A DNA stretch of 32,642 nucleotides, from IMG/VR virus record IMGVR_UViG_3300032323_001292. The stretch is one strand, 5' to 3'. The translations under genes were made by a program, and so were the position numbers. The notes beneath the pieces were generated by a model. That model was not told the DNA's origin. It made no database searches and worked only from the letters and a program-made list of their open reading frames with translations. The DNA comes from an uncultured virus (IMG/VR IMGVR_UViG_3300032323_001292). Taxonomy: Duplodnaviria; Heunggongvirae; Uroviricota; Caudoviricetes. Positions 1-8,587 of this stretch are shown in pieces (position 1 is the first letter of the stretch; each line of letters opens with the position of its first letter).

Positions 1-150
1 AGACTTAAGCCAGGAACAGATAAAGAGCGCCGTGAATTAGGTTTAGGTAGAGCAGAGGCTAAAGGTCCAAAGGTATACCTTTGCGATTTCTGCCCAGTCA
101 AATCATTTAACATGCATAAGTTCAATGAATCGAAAGGATTGAATAAATGA
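1..150 (+). CDS. Partial (3' end) hypothetical phage protein with CxxC motif
   Basis: Frame 1 is open from base 1 (RLKPGTDKERRELGLG...YLCDFCPVKS...GLNK) to TGA at 148-150, with an ATGA overlap into the next gene. Confidence 0.7.
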   Translation, partial: RLKPGTDKERRELGLGRAEAKGPKVYLCDFCPVKSFNMHKFNESKGLNK

Positions 151-380
151 GTGAAGGTGGCATGATAGAAGCACAAGAACAGCCAGATGCCGAGACTGCG
201 TTTATAATTATTAAAGAGCTGGATGGTTCGTTTAGAGCTACAACAGACCTAACATCTGCGTTTTTGGTTGTTAGAGACGCTACAAGAGCTGATATTAGAC
301 AGGCTTGTAGGGATTTATCAGAAGCAATAGCTCAAGACGAGTTGTCCGAAAGAGTAGTAGCAAGGCTTAAACAAGAATAG
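147..380 (+). CDS. Hypothetical protein
   Basis: 77-aa ORF, GAAAGGA RBS upstream, ATGA coupling to the previous gene. Confidence 0.75.
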   Translation: MSEGGMIEAQEQPDAETAFIIIKELDGSFRATTDLTSAFLVVRDATRADIRQACRDLSEAIAQDELSERVVARLKQE

Positions 381-389
381 AGAGCGCCC

Positions 390-590
390 GTGTTCTTTGA
401 AATGAACTGTACATGTGAGGCGTCCTTTCACGTCGATGCTGACGGTCATGAAGAAGAATTATGGTTAATGGCTAACCGATTTATAGCCTCACACATCAGC
501 TGTGGTTATATGGCCCCACTAAAAGTGGATAATCAAGAAAGAACAAAGCCATATAATATTGCGTTTAATAAAGAAGAAAAGGAGTCGTAG
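390..590 (+). CDS. Small putative metal-binding protein (CxC...HxxC)
   Basis: 66-aa ORF packed in the operon, containing CTC and HISC motifs. Confidence 0.65.
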   Translation: MFFEMNCTCEASFHVDADGHEEELWLMANRFIASHISCGYMAPLKVDNQERTKPYNIAFNKEEKES

Positions 591-1519
591 TGGATTATTA
601 TCAAGCACTGTTATCCCAGGCTTCATCAGTAAAAGCTGAACCTTCTGAAACCTCCTATTTCAGCACCCCAGAGCCAGGGCTAGACCCTCGTCTATTTAGA
701 AACAAGAAGTTAATATCATCTGTTAGAGATGCAATATTATCGATTCTTTTTACGCATTTAAACAAAAATTATCAAGATGCCGAGAGCTGGTCTAATGTTT
801 GGCTAGCTGGTTCAGGGGTATCGTTTAGCTGGGCTGCAGCTAGAGAACCCGCTGATTTAGATTGTCTTATAGGCATTGATTATGTAATATTCCGTAGTTC
901 TAATCAAAACTACGTTAGATTTAGCGACAGAGAAATAGCTTCTATGCTAAACGAAGGGTTTAGAAATGAGCTGCATCCCTTTACTAACAAGTTTTTAGAT
1001 TCATTTGAATTAACATTTTATGTAAATGTTATTGCTGATATTAAGAAGATTAAACCCTACGCAGCCTATTCATTGACTGCAGATGATTGGACAGTTGACC
1101 CAGTCATAGAGACAGTGAACCCAGACAAGGTATGGATAAATAAAGCACAAAGAGATAAAAGCATGGCTTTAGAAATATTAACAAGATACGAACAAGCCTT
1201 AACTCAAGCAAGTGGTGCTAAATCTGATGCCGCAAGATTAAACGCAGAAGCAACTTTAAGGTTGGCTGTAGACCAAGGTTCTGCTTTGTTTGAAGATATA
1301 CATAAAGGTAGAAACTACGCCTTTAGTCCAGAAGGATTAGGATACGCTGACTACGCTAATTATCGTTGGCAAGTCGGTAAGTCATCTGGAATAGTACAAG
1401 CATTAAAAGCATTAAAAGATATTTCTAGCAAAACACGCAGAGAATTTGAGGCTCAAACCTACGGCGCAGAACTACCTGATGCTAGTCTATTGATACGCAG
1501 GGCTGTTACTCGAAAGTAA
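590..1519 (+). CDS. Pol-beta-superfamily nucleotidyltransferase-like protein
   Basis: WLAGSGVS...ADLDCLIG fits the hG[GS]-x(9-13)-DhD signature. A third acidic residue is probably in FELTFYV. AAGGAG RBS. Confidence 0.7.
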   Translation: MDYYQALLSQASSVKAEPSETSYFSTPEPGLDPRLFRNKKLISSVRDAILSILFTHLNKNYQDAESWSNVWLAGSGVSFSWAAAREPADLDCLIGIDYVIFRSSNQNYVRFSDREIASMLNEGFRNELHPFTNKFLDSFELTFYVNVIADIKKIKPYAAYSLTADDWTVDPVIETVNPDKVWINKAQRDKSMALEILTRYEQALTQASGAKSDAARLNAEATLRLAVDQGSALFEDIHKGRNYAFSPEGLGYADYANYRWQVGKSSGIVQALKALKDISSKTRREFEAQTYGAELPDASLLIRRAVTRK

Positions 1520-1540
1520 CAGATATAAATACGGAGCACA

Positions 1541-2002
1541 ATGGCGATACTAATAACCTTAGACGATGTTTTACGCATCAAGAAAAAACCTATAGTTTCT
1601 GGTGTTGCCCTTTACCGTTGTTTGAATGAATTTCATAGAGTATTTATTTTATGTGAAGATAAAGCTGAAGCCGAGAACTGGCTAGTCAGTAATAAAATAA
1701 GCAAAGTTGATAATCTAATCGATAAAGAGTATGTTCAAAAAGAATATGGAAGAAGCCTTTTAAAGCGACAGGTAGATTACGCCAGGTCACAGGGTAAAGT
1801 TGATTTTGTAGTTACTTCAGACACTGAGTTAGCAAAAGATTTATTAGAAGAAGGCATTGAAACTTTACTGTTTCTACACCCACAGTACATACGACCTGAA
1901 TTTAGACCAGATATGGCACAAGGCGTAAGACGTTGGGCTGATATACAAGCAGAAATTGATAAACAAAACGAAATGTACTTTGAAGACAAACGGGTTAAAT
2001 GA
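1541..2002 (+). CDS. HAD-fold phosphatase-like protein (motif I degenerate)
   Basis: N-terminal ILITLDDVLR...KPIVSGVALY resembles HAD motif I with Thr in place of the nucleophilic Asp. VDFVVTSD resembles motif IV. Confidence 0.5.
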   Translation: MAILITLDDVLRIKKKPIVSGVALYRCLNEFHRVFILCEDKAEAENWLVSNKISKVDNLIDKEYVQKEYGRSLLKRQVDYARSQGKVDFVVTSDTELAKDLLEEGIETLLFLHPQYIRPEFRPDMAQGVRRWADIQAEIDKQNEMYFEDKRVK

Positions 2003-3480
2003 AAATTATTTACCTAGGAGCAGATGTTCCCAGTAATAGAACCATTCTCGAAGAAGCAGGGGTTTTAGAAGTAGGGGTTAGTTATTGGAGATTAGTTAAA
2101 AGAGGGCTTCCTAAAAACAAAGATTACCTATTCTCAACATACTTTGATAATAGTATGAGGATACATCTACATGCAGGCGTTCCAAAGGGACTGCAGCTGA
2201 GCTCAGCTGAGCTAGAGCAATTTGCAGCTGATTATGAGACCTTTGTAGCTAATAATATCGACCGTATTGATAGTTTTACCGAGTTTGACCACCCACTATT
2301 AACGACTGATTTCGTAGACCAACAAAGAAAAACTTGTTGGTCTCAAGTTCCTGAAGGTAAGTTCTGGGTTGTATGGGATGACTCCACTGGCACGGATGGA
2401 TTAAGAAAACTAGCGGACAACTATCTAAATGTTGCCATAACTGGTGAGGATATAGAAAACCACCATTATTTAGCCGCTTTGACTAAGTCGATATCTTTCA
2501 ATCAAGAGACTAGATTCCATGCTTTAGCGTGCGCTAAGCCTGATAACCTACGCCAAGTTACTTTGGAAACAGCCAGCACTATGTCATGGCTATCGCCAAT
2601 GATGAATGGGGAAACAATCGTTTGGGACGGTACTAAATTAGTTAGATACCCAAAAAGAATGAAGGAACAAGCGCGTTCAAGATATCGCCACGTCTATGAG
2701 AAAGCAGGCTTAGACTTCGATAAGATTATTACAGACGACCTAAAAGAGATTAGTAAGTTGGCTTTGTGGTCATACCAACAATTGGAGTTTAGATTAAATA
2801 TGATTCACAATAAGCCAGATGATTCTTCTTATAATGATAATAGTGAGGAAATAGTATTCGGTTCTAATGTGGAAATGTACCCACCAGATAGTGATAATAA
2901 GGGTACTCCGATGCGGAAACTTGAACGCAGAAATCCAGCTGAAATGACTAATTTACCCGTCTTTGGTTACGAATTTAAAACCGTAATTGAACAAGATGAA
3001 GACGGAAATGATGTAATAAAAGATGTTCCAGTAGTTAAATCTAACCAAGGTTCGTTAAGAATGTGTGATACCTGCTTTGTTGCAGCCAATTGCCCAGCCT
3101 TCAAGCCGCAGAACCAATGTGCTTTTAACTTACCTGTTGAAGTTAAAACTAAAGACCAATTAAAGGCTTTAATCAATGCAATAGTAGAAATGCAGGGTCA
3201 AAGAGTGGCTTTTGCTCGTTTTTCTGAAGAAATTAACGGTGGATACCCAGACCCTAACGTTTCCCAAGAGATAGATAGGTTATTTAAACTATTAAAGACA
3301 GTTAAAGAATTAGATGATTCTTCATCTTTTATTAAGTTATCAGTAGAAGGACGAGCCGCAGGTGCAGGTGTATTGTCTTCTATTTTTGGTGATAAAGCAC
3401 AAGCATTAAGAGAAATGCCTAATGGCGGATTCGATGCCAACACAACCAATCAGATAATTAAAGGCGTAATCGAAGAATAA
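1999..3480 (+). CDS. Divergent TGT (queuine tRNA-ribosyltransferase)-like barrel fused to a Cys-rich/helical C-terminal domain
   Basis: MKIIYLG start and RFHALA...LRQVTLETASTMSWL...G resemble the H-G-x-G...S-x-D-S-x-S-W region of phage TGT-like proteins. C-terminal CDTC-x5-CP-x7-C motif. Confidence 0.45.
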   Translation: MKIIYLGADVPSNRTILEEAGVLEVGVSYWRLVKRGLPKNKDYLFSTYFDNSMRIHLHAGVPKGLQLSSAELEQFAADYETFVANNIDRIDSFTEFDHPLLTTDFVDQQRKTCWSQVPEGKFWVVWDDSTGTDGLRKLADNYLNVAITGEDIENHHYLAALTKSISFNQETRFHALACAKPDNLRQVTLETASTMSWLSPMMNGETIVWDGTKLVRYPKRMKEQARSRYRHVYEKAGLDFDKIITDDLKEISKLALWSYQQLEFRLNMIHNKPDDSSYNDNSEEIVFGSNVEMYPPDSDNKGTPMRKLERRNPAEMTNLPVFGYEFKTVIEQDEDGNDVIKDVPVVKSNQGSLRMCDTCFVAANCPAFKPQNQCAFNLPVEVKTKDQLKALINAIVEMQGQRVAFARFSEEINGGYPDPNVSQEIDRLFKLLKTVKELDDSSSFIKLSVEGRAAGAGVLSSIFGDKAQALREMPNGGFDANTTNQIIKGVIEE

Positions 3481-3632
3481 AGTTATCATTATAATAAGCC
3501 TTACAAGTATATGAAACACACCACTCTCTAAAGTGGCGCTAGCAAGGGTTGTGCACTAGGTTAAGACTCTGTAAGATTGGTTATTCCCCCCACACTTACC
3601 ACAATGGTACTTTTATTTTTAGGAGAGATTAA

Positions 3633-5651
3633 ATGGCTTTTTCGTTCAAATTAGCAGAAGATTTTGTAGCAGGTTACAAGGATAAAAAAGTACCTTGGGG
3701 TTATCAAGATGCAGGTGGCAACTCAGTTGGGGAAATAACTTTTCTTAGAACTTACTCCAGATTAAAGGCTGATGGAACTAAAGAGACATGGGTTGATGTA
3801 TGCGAGCGTGTAATCAATGGCATGTACTCCATACAAAAAGATTGGTGCAAAACCAGCAGACTTCCATGGAACGATTCTAAAGGTCAGGCTTCAGCAAAAG
3901 AAGCATTTGACAGATTATTTAACTTAAAGTGGACTCCACCGGGTCGTGGGCTTTGGGTAATGGGAACTCCTATTGTTAATGAACAACGCAACTCTGCCGC
4001 GTTACAAAATTGTTCATTTGTTTCAACAGCCTCTATGACTAAACTAGACCCTGCTAAACCATTTGCATTTCTAATGGAAGCATCCATGCTTGGTGTGGGT
4101 GTTGGATTTGATGATAAGGGTGCAGATAAAGACTTCACCATTTATGAACCAAAAGACGAAGAAGTATATGTCATTCCAGATACCCGCGAAGGATGGGTTG
4201 AATGCACAAGTGCTTTAATCAATTCTTACTTAAAACCAGACCAATCTAAACTAACATTTGACTATTCTCAAATAAGACCAGCAGGCGCACCCATTAAAAC
4301 CTTCGGAGGCACAGCAGCTGGGCCCGAACCGTTAATGCGTTTACATAACGCAATCTCGGTAATATTCGCTAATCGTGCAGGTTCTAAACTAACAAGAGTT
4401 GATATTGCAGACATTGGTAATCTAATAGGAGTTTGTGTTGTATCAGGAAACGTACGCCGTTCTGCTGAGCTGTTGCTTGGTCGCTTGGATGATAAAGATT
4501 TCCTTAATCTAAAGAACCCAGAAGTATATCCACAAAGAAACTCATACGATACAAAGAATCCTGGTTGGGCTTGGATGTCTAACAACTCCGTAGAAGTTGC
4601 CGTAGGAGATGACCTATCTAATATTATCGAGGGCATTGCATTAAATGGTGAGCCGGGCGTTATATGGATGGATGTAACCCGTAAATACGGGAGACTTATT
4701 GACCCACCTAATAACAAAGACCATCGCGCAGCAGGTTACAACCCATGTGCAGAACAATCACTTGAGTCATTCGAGTGTTGTACTCTCGTTGAAACATACT
4801 TAAACAGACATGACAGCCTAGAAGATTTCAAGAGAACATTGAAGTTTGCTTTCTTATACGCTAAGACAGTTACGCTTATCCCTACCCATTGGGAAGAAAC
4901 TAATGCAATCATGCAACGCAATCGTCGCATTGGTACTTCTATTTCAGGTATTGCTAACTTCGCTGACAGAGTTGGCTTACCAGTATTGCGTGAGTGGATG
5001 GAATCAGGCTACTCAACAGTTCAATACTATGACCATGTGTATTCTGAATGGTTTGGTATTAGAGAGTCAATAAAATTAACAACAGTTAAGCCATCAGGAA
5101 CAGTATCAATCCTTGCAGGAGAATCTCCCGGGGTACATTGGACTCCCGGTGGTCAATACTTCTTACGCTCTATTAGATTTGCTAATGAAGACCCTATGTT
5201 ACCTCTCTTTAAGTTTGCTAATTACAGGGTAGAGCCTGCTAGTGAATCACCAAAAACAACTTCAGTTGTATTCTTCCCAGTTGAATCAAGCGCCTCTCGT
5301 TCTGAGAAAGATGTTTCTATCTATGAAAAAGTATCACTCGCAGCGATGGCTCAAAGACATTGGTCAGACAACTCAGTATCAGTAACAGTATCCTTTAACA
5401 AGGATAAAGAAAAAGATGCCGTAGGCACAGTTCTGCACATGTTTGATGGGCAACTCAAAACCGTTTCCTTTTTACCTATGGGGAACGAGACTTACCCACA
5501 AATGCCATACACACAGATAACTAAAGATGAATATGAAAAGTATAAATACGAACTAATGCCAATAGATTTTACAGGCGTGTATGCAGGGATGGCAGCAGAC
5601 GCAATCGGTGAGAAGTATTGCTCTACTGATTTTTGTGAGATTCCAAAGTAA
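3633..5651 (+). CDS. nrdJ: Class II (adenosylcobalamin-dependent) monomeric ribonucleoside-triphosphate reductase
   Basis: RTYSR, PPGRGLW, NCSF, GNVRRSA, NPCAEQSL, TTVKPSGT and a C-terminal redox pair CSTDFC. AGGAGA RBS. Confidence 0.95.
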   Translation: MAFSFKLAEDFVAGYKDKKVPWGYQDAGGNSVGEITFLRTYSRLKADGTKETWVDVCERVINGMYSIQKDWCKTSRLPWNDSKGQASAKEAFDRLFNLKWTPPGRGLWVMGTPIVNEQRNSAALQNCSFVSTASMTKLDPAKPFAFLMEASMLGVGVGFDDKGADKDFTIYEPKDEEVYVIPDTREGWVECTSALINSYLKPDQSKLTFDYSQIRPAGAPIKTFGGTAAGPEPLMRLHNAISVIFANRAGSKLTRVDIADIGNLIGVCVVSGNVRRSAELLLGRLDDKDFLNLKNPEVYPQRNSYDTKNPGWAWMSNNSVEVAVGDDLSNIIEGIALNGEPGVIWMDVTRKYGRLIDPPNNKDHRAAGYNPCAEQSLESFECCTLVETYLNRHDSLEDFKRTLKFAFLYAKTVTLIPTHWEETNAIMQRNRRIGTSISGIANFADRVGLPVLREWMESGYSTVQYYDHVYSEWFGIRESIKLTTVKPSGTVSILAGESPGVHWTPGGQYFLRSIRFANEDPMLPLFKFANYRVEPASESPKTTSVVFFPVESSASRSEKDVSIYEKVSLAAMAQRHWSDNSVSVTVSFNKDKEKDAVGTVLHMFDGQLKTVSFLPMGNETYPQMPYTQITKDEYEKYKYELMPIDFTGVYAGMAADAIGEKYCSTDFCEIPK

Positions 5652-5660
5652 TATAAACTA

Positions 5661-5700
5661 AAGAAGCCCCTAGTTTTAACGACTAGGGGCTTTTATTATT
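5661..5700. terminator. Bidirectional intrinsic terminator between convergent genes
   Basis: AAGCCCCTAGT (5664-5674) / ACTAGGGGCTT (5682-5692) stem with A-rich and T-rich flanks. Confidence 0.85.
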
Positions 5701-6451
5701 TTTGGTGCTTAAACTTAAACGGATTGTTCCAAGCGTCTATGCCTTTGAAGTATCGTCTACCTCTTTGCCCTGTTTTTGCGTAATGGGATTTATCAACTGT
5801 ATCTCTTATGTGTTCCCATTGAGCATGGCTTAGTTGCTCGAAGTTTATTATCTTTTTATCATATAACTCATCGGCATGTTTAAGCGCAAAGTTGTCAGCG
5901 TATCCTCTTGGTATTGGCAGTAAGGCTGAGATAGGAGTGCCTTTGGGTATTACTATTTCACTTGGCTCATTTATCATCAGGTTCATAGTAAAGTCAAACT
6001 GTAAGTTATCTGTTTCTACTACCCCATTTAATACTGTTAATCCTGTTGGCAAAATAAAATTAGGTGGGGCTACTATCATCAAATTAACTAATGGTGGAGT
6101 TCTTAAAACAAAAGGTAATCTAAAGTTAATAACATTGGGCTGAGGACTATTAGAAACATGGATACCATTTCTACTTGGGTTACTTTCTTGGAAGGTTAAA
6201 GGCTTTTTTCCGTCCCAGTTAATAGTTATATCACTTGTGCTTTGGATAATAAAACCATATTGATTGGCTATAACCATTGGAAGACAGAAGTACGCAGCCT
6301 CACTAAACCAGGCTCTCTGCTTTTCTCCCTGTAAGGTCTTTATTATCTTGTTAATATCATCTTTACTTACACCAAGTTTGGGTACTATTACAATCGTATT
6401 ATCAGGAATAAGGTTATCGTCGTCGTTAATTCTAAGGTTAGCTTCAAACAT
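5696..6451 (-). CDS. DUF6065-like beta-rich protein
   Basis: AYFCLPMVIANQYG, LRTPPLVNLM, GVVETD, FTMN and IPKGTPISALLPIPR are motifs I associate with DUF6065-type phage proteins. Confidence 0.6.
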   Translation of the reverse strand: MFEANLRINDDDNLIPDNTIVIVPKLGVSKDDINKIIKTLQGEKQRAWFSEAAYFCLPMVIANQYGFIIQSTSDITINWDGKKPLTFQESNPSRNGIHVSNSPQPNVINFRLPFVLRTPPLVNLMIVAPPNFILPTGLTVLNGVVETDNLQFDFTMNLMINEPSEIVIPKGTPISALLPIPRGYADNFALKHADELYDKKIINFEQLSHAQWEHIRDTVDKSHYAKTGQRGRRYFKGIDAWNNPFKFKHQK

Positions 6452-6623
6452 TACACTTGTGATACTTCATGTAGCGAGATACAACTACCTCTCTCCACTT
6501 TAATATCTCTCCTTGATAATCTAACTCTAATAATGGAGCGCTAGGCTTTCTGAACACTTGGGTATCCCCACATTTCTTACAGGTTTTAAGTCTTACATAT
6601 CTTGCTTCTAGTTTGGTTTTCAT
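6444..6623 (-). CDS. Small Cys/His protein (not in ORF track)
   Basis: Manual translation, 59 aa: MKTKLEARYVRLKTCKKCGDTQ...YHKCNV*. It fills the gap and overlaps both neighbours. Confidence 0.6.
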   Translation of the reverse strand: MKTKLEARYVRLKTCKKCGDTQVFRKPSAPLLELDYQGEILKWREVVVSRYMKYHKCNV

Positions 6624-6910
6624 CTGCTACTTATTGTCCAAAATATAAAACTAAAAGATAAAGATAATCCTAATCCCATTAAAATATAATAAAGGTTCAT
6701 ATCTATGCCTCTGCTTTTATGTTTTTTTTCATTTCTATCGTATCTACCTTTATACTCTCTCCATACGGAATCTATATAAGAATCAATGTCCTGTTGTTTT
6801 ACTTTTTTTTTATCTTTATGCTCTGCCAACCCATAGGCTGTCCACCCTGCTAAGAAACTTGCTACTCCTACGAGTAATACTACGGCTAAGTAATCGCCCC
6901 AATAGAACAT
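6620..6910 (-). CDS. Small membrane protein
   Basis: Hydrophobic N- and C-terminal segments, GGAG RBS. Confidence 0.6.
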   Translation of the reverse strand: MFYWGDYLAVVLLVGVASFLAGWTAYGLAEHKDKKKVKQQDIDSYIDSVWREYKGRYDRNEKKHKSRGIDMNLYYILMGLGLSLSFSFIFWTISSR

Positions 6911-6912
6911 TA

Positions 6913-7449
6913 TTATCTCCTCTGTGTGTGTGTAATAAAAGGTGGTGCACTAAAAACATTATTCTTACATGCAATCTGCATCGCTTTTCTCCATGTCGCC
7001 CCTGCTTGTAATGCGCCTATTGCATACGGCGAACCACTACCTATTCCATATAAGCCGTCATCTCTCATCATTACTGATAGAGAATCGTCTAACTCAAAGA
7101 TAGTTCCTTGAATTGCTATTAAGAATAAGAAATCTGGCTCGTTACTATTCTCTTTATCTGGAATATAACCATTAGCATTTAACGCTTCTCTAATAGAGGG
7201 CACTACTTCTGATATAACAAAGTGGTATAAATCTTTCTTAGCATTAGTAGGTATTGCTGGTGGTTTCCATACATGCTGGACAATATCGCATGGCTGAGTT
7301 AATCCCGAACCTGCGATTAGATACTTACCTCTTTTGGTAATCTTACTGACAATAGGGTGAGAATAGGTACGACCACCATCGTCGGTTGTACGAGAGTCTG
7401 CGATTAGCAAACAATGGTCTGGTTTCTGCAACCCTATTATCGTGGTCAT
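6913..7449 (-). CDS. Ntn-hydrolase (proteasome beta/HslV-like) peptidase
   Basis: N-terminal MTTI (Thr nucleophile), IADSR, KI, IAGSG and IGSGSPYAIGAL. Confidence 0.85.
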   Translation of the reverse strand: MTTIIGLQKPDHCLLIADSRTTDDGGRTYSHPIVSKITKRGKYLIAGSGLTQPCDIVQHVWKPPAIPTNAKKDLYHFVISEVVPSIREALNANGYIPDKENSNEPDFLFLIAIQGTIFELDDSLSVMMRDDGLYGIGSGSPYAIGALQAGATWRKAMQIACKNNVFSAPPFITHTQRR

Positions 7450-7623
7450 TTATTTACGCTTCCTGCGTCTCTTTACCCAATAGACTACCATTACTGCTCC
7501 TGCTATCAGTAATGCGCCGAACCATGAAATATCAAATCCTATTACATTTTCTATGTAAAGTGATAGCCACCAATCTTGGATTACTAAATCAAAAAAAGGT
7601 GCGCCGTATAGTGTGTCTTCCAT
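7450..7623 (-). CDS. Small membrane protein (not in ORF track)
   Basis: Manual translation, 57 aa: MEDTLYGAPFFDLV...FGALLIAGAVMVVYWVKRRRKRK*. It abuts both neighbours. Confidence 0.65.
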   Translation of the reverse strand: MEDTLYGAPFFDLVIQDWWLSLYIENVIGFDISWFGALLIAGAVMVVYWVKRRRKRK

Positions 7624-7802
7624 TACTCAACTTCCTTAATATCATCTTCATCTCTATATACATATAAGTCTGGGCTTTGTCTCTCTACCCATTTATCAAC
7701 AGGGGTTGCACATGCTTTCTCAAAGGCTTCCTCTGTGTCTTTGGCTTCTACTTTTATCGTGTAGTAATGAGTTTGCTCTGCATTAACTTCATACTGAGGC
7801 AT
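7623..7802 (-). CDS. Hypothetical protein (MPQYEV...VEAKDTEEA)
   Basis: VEA.D.EEA pattern common in small phage early proteins. The start is probably the MPQY Met rather than 7817. Confidence 0.6.
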   Translation of the reverse strand: MPQYEVNAEQTHYYTIKVEAKDTEEAFEKACATPVDKWVERQSPDLYVYRDEDDIKEVE

Positions 7803-8004
7803 GGCTATCCACATCATCAGCGATTAGATTAGTTAATAGTTGGTCATAGCCTTGATTATCAGCCTTTTCACATACTTCACGCCATATTTGCTCTGATATT
7901 TCTTGGTCATGCAACTGATAATCGCTTTTATGATGAAGCGATACGATAATCTCATCATCATCTTTGTATTTATTTAATTGCTCTTTTAGTTCTTTTACTT
8001 TCAT
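7789..8004 (-). CDS. Hypothetical protein (MKVKELKEQL family)
   Basis: 71-aa ORF with a common phage N-terminal motif. Confidence 0.7.
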   Translation of the reverse strand: MKVKELKEQLNKYKDDDEIIVSLHHKSDYQLHDQEISEQIWREVCEKADNQGYDQLLTNLIADDVDSHASV

Positions 8005-8018
8005 TGTTTTTATCTCTC

Positions 8019-8309
8019 TTATCTCTTTATCTCTTGGTGTAACAACTCGCTGTCGCCTGCTACCCTGTGGTTTTGTAGTTCTACTATCTTTGCTTCTGCT
8101 TCTGCTTCTGTCAAGTTTTCATGCCACTCTGGTTCTTGGTAATTCATATACTCAACCTCATGGCTTATGTCATATCTATCGCTTAATGCTTTGTAATAGA
8201 CATACATGGCTGAGTATTGGTCGATAATAATAATAGGCTTAAACACCCCTGAATCAAAAGGGTCATCTGCGCTGGCAAAAGTTTGTGTTGTTTGTGTTGG
8301 AGTATCCAT
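8019..8309 (-). CDS. Hypothetical acidic protein
   Basis: 96-aa ORF abutting the upstream gene. Confidence 0.65.
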   Translation of the reverse strand: MDTPTQTTQTFASADDPFDSGVFKPIIIIDQYSAMYVYYKALSDRYDISHEVEYMNYQEPEWHENLTEAEAEAKIVELQNHRVAGDSELLHQEIKR

Positions 8310-8501
8310 TTATTTCTTTCCCTTTCTTTTAATAGTCTTGTTATTGGTTTCTTGTATTGCTTTCATGGTTCTATAGAAGCGCATGAAATCTTGGTGTTCC
8401 CTTGATATGTATTTAGTCTTTTCATCTCTATCGAATATCAAGACTAATAATGAACCTATTATTATCATGAAAGTTGCAATCATAAATAAATTACTAATCA
8501 T
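8310..8501 (-). CDS. Small membrane-anchored protein
   Basis: N-terminal hydrophobic helix, basic tail, GGAAGGA RBS. Confidence 0.65.
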   Translation of the reverse strand: MISNLFMIATFMIIIGSLLVLIFDRDEKTKYISREHQDFMRFYRTMKAIQETNNKTIKRKGKK

Positions 8502-8527
8502 TTGTTTTCCTTCCCTAACTTATAGAG

Positions 8528-8576
8528 CCTGACTATCGGCTGGCGAAAGGACAAGTAACTCCAACCGATAATCAGG
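8528..8576 (-). promoter_or_regulatory. Intergenic RNA hairpin with an anti-RBS loop (candidate antisense regulator or processing site)
   Basis: 16-bp stem with two G.U pairs that work only on the - strand, a 17-nt loop AGUUACUUGUCCUUUCG, and no U-tract. Confidence 0.6.
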
Positions 8577-8587
8577 GGCTTGGTTAT

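Noticed and set aside
3521..3536. Possible NrdR box upstream of nrdJ (CCACTCTCTAAAGTGG)
   Set aside because: The 16-bp geometry and outer palindrome fit, but three conserved inner positions mismatch and there is no second box.
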